Under the pieces are notes generated by a model that saw only the letters and a list, made by a program, of their open reading frames with translations, did not search any database and was not told the DNA's origin. A stretch of 63,837 nt of DNA, filler included, from Lama guanicoe (lineage: Eukaryota), in assembly GCA_013239625.1 (NCBI GenBank). It is 212 parts of 212 records of this genome, joined end to end, with 100 filler letters (N's around TTAATTAATTAA, not from the genome) between each part and the next. Parts side by side here need not be neighbours in the genome. Positions count along the whole stretch, not along the records: positions 59,106 to 59,307 come from PNXV01031202.1; positions 59,408 to 59,609 come from PNXV01031203.1; positions 59,710 to 59,911 come from PNXV01031204.1; positions 60,012 to 60,213 come from PNXV01031205.1; positions 60,314 to 60,515 come from PNXV01031206.1; positions 60,616 to 60,817 come from PNXV01031207.1; positions 60,918 to 61,119 come from PNXV01031208.1; positions 61,220 to 61,421 come from PNXV01031209.1; 204 more parts are not named here. One strand, 5' to 3'. The first letter of the stretch is position 1; every line of letters starts with the position of its first letter. The translations under genes were made by a program, and so were the position numbers. Below are positions 59,295 through 63,837 of the stretch, piece after piece.

Positions 59295-61823
59295 GGAGCA
59301 GAAAGAGNNNNNNNNNNNNNNNNNNNNNNNNNNNNNNNNNNNNNNNNNNNNTTAATTAATTAANNNNNNNNNNNNNNNNNNNNNNNNNNNNNNNNNNNNN
59401 NNNNNNNACGTATCTGCACTGTGAGGAGAATGCTCATAGAAGCCTGTTGTGTGCATATTCGTTTGGAGAGAGAGTGACGTTAATCATTACTATGAACCCA
59501 AGCTTATCATAGGTCTTTCCAATTGGGAGGAATAAAGCAAAGGAAAATCTGATAAGAGGAAAGTCAAAATGTGAAAGGAATGGGTTGGTTAAAGCCCAGA
59601 GAGCTCTGGNNNNNNNNNNNNNNNNNNNNNNNNNNNNNNNNNNNNNNNNNNNNTTAATTAATTAANNNNNNNNNNNNNNNNNNNNNNNNNNNNNNNNNNN
59701 NNNNNNNNNTCCTTGGACTCTTGCTGCCGTTGTACCATTGACGTTATTTTATTAAACTAGACCGTGGAAAAGTCAGAATGACGAAGACCTCTTTCTTTCA
59801 TTTTGCTTCGGATAATGCCCCAGTGCAAAGATTTACAGTAACAGCAACTGACTTACTGAAGTCTTTCTATATGTCAAGCTCTATTCTGAATGTCTGGCCT
59901 AAATAGACTCANNNNNNNNNNNNNNNNNNNNNNNNNNNNNNNNNNNNNNNNNNNNTTAATTAATTAANNNNNNNNNNNNNNNNNNNNNNNNNNNNNNNNN
60001 NNNNNNNNNNNTAACCTTATGTCAATATTGAAAACCTAATATACATTATTTCTTAGGTGTGTCTTACATACCTTCTTGCACGAGTGGGTCAAGAAACTTC
60101 AAGATGACAGCTGAGACCACGTCCACTCCAACAGCACAGGCCTCTCACCGCTCCACCTTTGCCACTGGTCTACTCCACCACCAGTTTGCCATGGATAACG
60201 ATACTGCTGCAATNNNNNNNNNNNNNNNNNNNNNNNNNNNNNNNNNNNNNNNNNNNNTTAATTAATTAANNNNNNNNNNNNNNNNNNNNNNNNNNNNNNN
60301 NNNNNNNNNNNNNTTAAAAGAGAAAGTGTAACTCAGCAGAGAAATGAACATCTGAATATCACATAAAGAAAAGAACAAGAATTTGTATCTTTTGTGAAGA
60401 GGAGGTAACTGCATTTTGGTGATGTGTAGCCAAACTGTGTTATGTTAAGCAGAAGCATAATTCTTCTGTTTTCTTTATTTGAACACTAAGTTACAGTTGA
60501 AAGTGGTGGCTATTANNNNNNNNNNNNNNNNNNNNNNNNNNNNNNNNNNNNNNNNNNNNTTAATTAATTAANNNNNNNNNNNNNNNNNNNNNNNNNNNNN
60601 NNNNNNNNNNNNNNNCTCAGAGCCCGGACTCAAGCAAAGCATTGAACCATGGACGGCCGGAGAAGCTCGGAGAACCCTTCCCTCTGCTGCTTCCTCTGAT
60701 GCTACACCCTCCTTAGCTATGGGTTCCTCTGGGAGATACTGAGGGCCTAGGAGGAAGAACAAAGCTTAACTTTGGATCACCTCCTACTTTGGAGATTTTG
60801 CAGGGTGGCTGAAGAACNNNNNNNNNNNNNNNNNNNNNNNNNNNNNNNNNNNNNNNNNNNNTTAATTAATTAANNNNNNNNNNNNNNNNNNNNNNNNNNN
60901 NNNNNNNNNNNNNNNNNAGGGGAAAATCCCACAGAGCTGCTTTGCTTTGAGATACTGGCACTCAACTCAGTGCCTCAGAAACTATTTTGAATTCTTGTGT
61001 GGAGCTTCCTAGAAACAATAAAAGGAAAACAAAGTTGATTCTGGCAATGAAATGTTCATAGTTTTTCCTAAAGTATTAATCTTCTGAACAAAATGGTGAC
61101 AGTGAGTGAAGCAGGCCTANNNNNNNNNNNNNNNNNNNNNNNNNNNNNNNNNNNNNNNNNNNNTTAATTAATTAANNNNNNNNNNNNNNNNNNNNNNNNN
61201 NNNNNNNNNNNNNNNNNNNGGCAGGCTTGAGGATCTTTTACTTTTTGCTGGAAATTAGGAACATGGACAGTGATTAGAATGGCAGAGATAGAAAAGACAA
61301 ATTATACTGAAGGTGCTTTGGAAAGCACTGGAAGTGTTGGTCCCCAAGGCTTGACTTGCTGGGATTACCTAGCTGGGCTTCTAATTCTCTGGTCTGATCA
61401 GGTCATCTCTCCTTAAAAACANNNNNNNNNNNNNNNNNNNNNNNNNNNNNNNNNNNNNNNNNNNNTTAATTAATTAANNNNNNNNNNNNNNNNNNNNNNN
61501 NNNNNNNNNNNNNNNNNNNNNTTAACTTCCTTTGGTCTCATTTCTTCAAAGTTAATGTTTTGCAAAATGAGAAATTAATAACTGCTTACAAATGAATCCC
61601 TAGCAAATTGTTAAAGCTTGTACTTCCCCTTTCCACGTTTATCAGGGGGTGATAATGATTAATGCCTTGAAAAGAAGGAGGAGAACCAATGGGGCGACTT
61701 TCAGGCATTGTGAAACGTCTTTANNNNNNNNNNNNNNNNNNNNNNNNNNNNNNNNNNNNNNNNNNNNTTAATTAATTAANNNNNNNNNNNNNNNNNNNNN
61801 NNNNNNNNNNNNNNNNNNNNNNN

Positions 61824-61990
61824 GTCCCTCACCACCTTCTGTCTTCAGTTTTCCCCTCACTGCCTTGTCCTCACAGTCTCCCTATCACTGTCTTTTCTCC
61901 TCACTGTTTCCTTCCCAATGCATTCTCCCTCAGTTTCCTCTCACAGCCTTCTTCTCCCCTCGGTTTTCCCCTCATGTCTTCACTCACAAC
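61824..61990. repeat. Degenerate pyrimidine-rich minisatellite-like tract
   Basis: Recurrent CTCAGTTTTCCCCTCACTGCCTT-like units about every 28-30 bp. Confidence 0.55.
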
Positions 61991-62729
61991 AATTTGACCT
62001 TACAACCTCCTCTCTGCAATATCCCNNNNNNNNNNNNNNNNNNNNNNNNNNNNNNNNNNNNNNNNNNNNTTAATTAATTAANNNNNNNNNNNNNNNNNNN
62101 NNNNNNNNNNNNNNNNNNNNNNNNNCTGGAAGCAAACCAGCTGCCCATGCTGTGAGCAGGTAGTACTGGATACGTTTTCCAAAGACAGTGAAAGATGAAA
62201 TAACCCAGCCAAAGCCGGTAAGAAGTGAGAGGCGCAGCTGTGACTTGAGTGCCAAACTACCTTGCCACAACCCGGCATTTGAAAGCTCCGGCGACTCTGA
62301 ACTTCCTGCTCTGCCCTAAACGAAGTANNNNNNNNNNNNNNNNNNNNNNNNNNNNNNNNNNNNNNNNNNNNTTAATTAATTAANNNNNNNNNNNNNNNNN
62401 NNNNNNNNNNNNNNNNNNNNNNNNNNNTACCCTCTGGAAGTGTGAGGCTAAATTCGCAACTTCACTTCAAGCAGATAAACAGAATGCGAATGTCTGTAGG
62501 AAGGCCACTTTGGGCTTTGCTGCAGAGCCCTCCTTTCTAGCCAGATCTGTCTCCCACACATCGTGACACTACGGAAGAAACCACTCTACCCTTCTGGCCT
62601 AGCCCCCGACCTTTTCCCTTGACTCAGAANNNNNNNNNNNNNNNNNNNNNNNNNNNNNNNNNNNNNNNNNNNNTTAATTAATTAANNNNNNNNNNNNNNN
62701 NNNNNNNNNNNNNNNNNNNNNNNNNNNNN

Positions 62730-62931
62730 CTTCCTGGAACAGCAGGAAGGTGAGTGTGGCTGGAGCAGAGTGAGCGAGCGTTGAGCGTGATTGGGAGGAG
62801 GAGGTTCTAGGGAGTGGCAGAGGGCAGATCAGGAGGGGCCTTGTATGTCATTGTGAGAATTTGCTGCGTGTGACCGGAACCGCTGCTTTTGAGCATTGGA
62901 ACAACATGTGCTGTGTGCAGAACAGACTGGA
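62730..62931 (-). mobile_element. L2 fragment
   Basis: GGAACAGCAGGAAGGTGAGTGTGGCTGGAGCAGAGTGAG...GGGCAGATCAGGAGGGGCCTTGTA. Confidence 0.7.
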
Positions 62932-63837
62932 NNNNNNNNNNNNNNNNNNNNNNNNNNNNNNNNNNNNNNNNNNNNTTAATTAATTAANNNNNNNNNNNNN
63001 NNNNNNNNNNNNNNNNNNNNNNNNNNNNNNNTAACATGGTTTCCTCTGATTTGCTAGGGGTGCTTCTCTCTTCAGACCCCCGACTCCAAAGGCACCCACC
63101 TGACTGACCTCATAACTCCAGTCAACCCTTTGGAAGGTGCATGTGGCCACAAGCAAGCTCTCTGTCTGCACCCAGGCTACGTGCGGTCTGAGACATTTCT
63201 GATGTGACTTCTGACCACCCAGCCAATCTCTCTNNNNNNNNNNNNNNNNNNNNNNNNNNNNNNNNNNNNNNNNNNNNTTAATTAATTAANNNNNNNNNNN
63301 NNNNNNNNNNNNNNNNNNNNNNNNNNNNNNNNNTTTGAAAGCATTTGATGGCCACATTGGAAAAGGTCACTGGTATTTGTTCCCTAAGGTATTCAAGACC
63401 TGTAAAGAGGTTATAGCATGTGTCAAGGGAAGCAAGACATGAACGGCCCTTGTTAGCTGAGATCTTTACTTTTAGAAGTTATGACGTGAGGTTCTTTTAC
63501 TTTGAGGGGGTTTATTTCTCGTCACATTGTACTAGNNNNNNNNNNNNNNNNNNNNNNNNNNNNNNNNNNNNNNNNNNNNTTAATTAATTAANNNNNNNNN
63601 NNNNNNNNNNNNNNNNNNNNNNNNNNNNNNNNNNNGCTTTGGGGTTTTTCCTAGGTCACTGATGTCAGGGCACAGGAAAATACACGGCGTGATTCTTCCT
63701 TTTACTCAGTATAGCATCCAAAGCTTCTTCAGACCCATCATGAAACCTCTTGGTTGGAAATCTAAAAGTTGATGGGCTTGGCTGGAACGTCACTGCAGGA
63801 AAACCAGAGTCTTCTCTACACCTCCTCCACCCCCCGC

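Larger units (their letters stand above)
202..63635. other. 211 artificial 100-bp contig-joining linkers (N44-TTAATTAATTAA-N44); first at 202-301, last at 63536-63635
   Basis: Identical N-flanked 12-mer recurs every 300-302 bp. It is palindromic, carries TAA stops in all six frames and contains overlapping PacI sites. Flanking sequences are unrelated. Confidence 0.99.

Noticed and set aside
59..63171. Roughly 100 short ORFs in the supplied track, many ending in X...LIN or X...N
   Set aside because: They reach the length cutoff only by reading through Ns and stop in the linker. Only the L1- and ERVL-derived ones are recognisable.
202..63635. CRISPR-like or integron-like array of a constant palindromic repeat with unique ~200-bp spacers
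   Set aside because: The repeat is a 12-mer embedded in exactly 44+44 Ns, the spacers are size-sorted mammalian genomic pieces, and no cas or integrase genes are present. It is an assembly linker.

Overview
This is not contiguous genomic DNA. The window is an artificial concatenation of 212 unrelated short contigs (79 of 201 bp, then mostly 202 bp, i.e. sorted by length). They are joined by 211 identical 100-bp linkers, N44-TTAATTAATTAA-N44, whose palindromic core has stop codons in all six frames. The DNA is mammalian and most likely camelid, judged from tRNA-Ala-derived Vic-1-type SINEs and camelid/cetartiodactyl-type L1 3' ends. Many fragments are pieces of L1, L2, MIR, MLT/ERVL/ERV1 LTRs and DNA transposons. 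Recognisable gene pieces are GIT1 coding exon 1 (19291-19342, -), a pseudogenised ANKRD26-family exon (50996-51154), an olfactory receptor pseudogene fragment (51256-51456), an ERVL dUTPase remnant and several L1 ORF2 pieces. Three near-identical fragment pairs each have exactly 49 identical bases at both ends, the signature of unpopped de Bruijn bubbles (K about 49). Most ORFs in the supplied track are artefacts that run into the linker. I see no evidence of a novel biological system, and adjacency between fragments has no biological meaning. Repeat and gene family names come from recalled consensus sequences, not from database searches.
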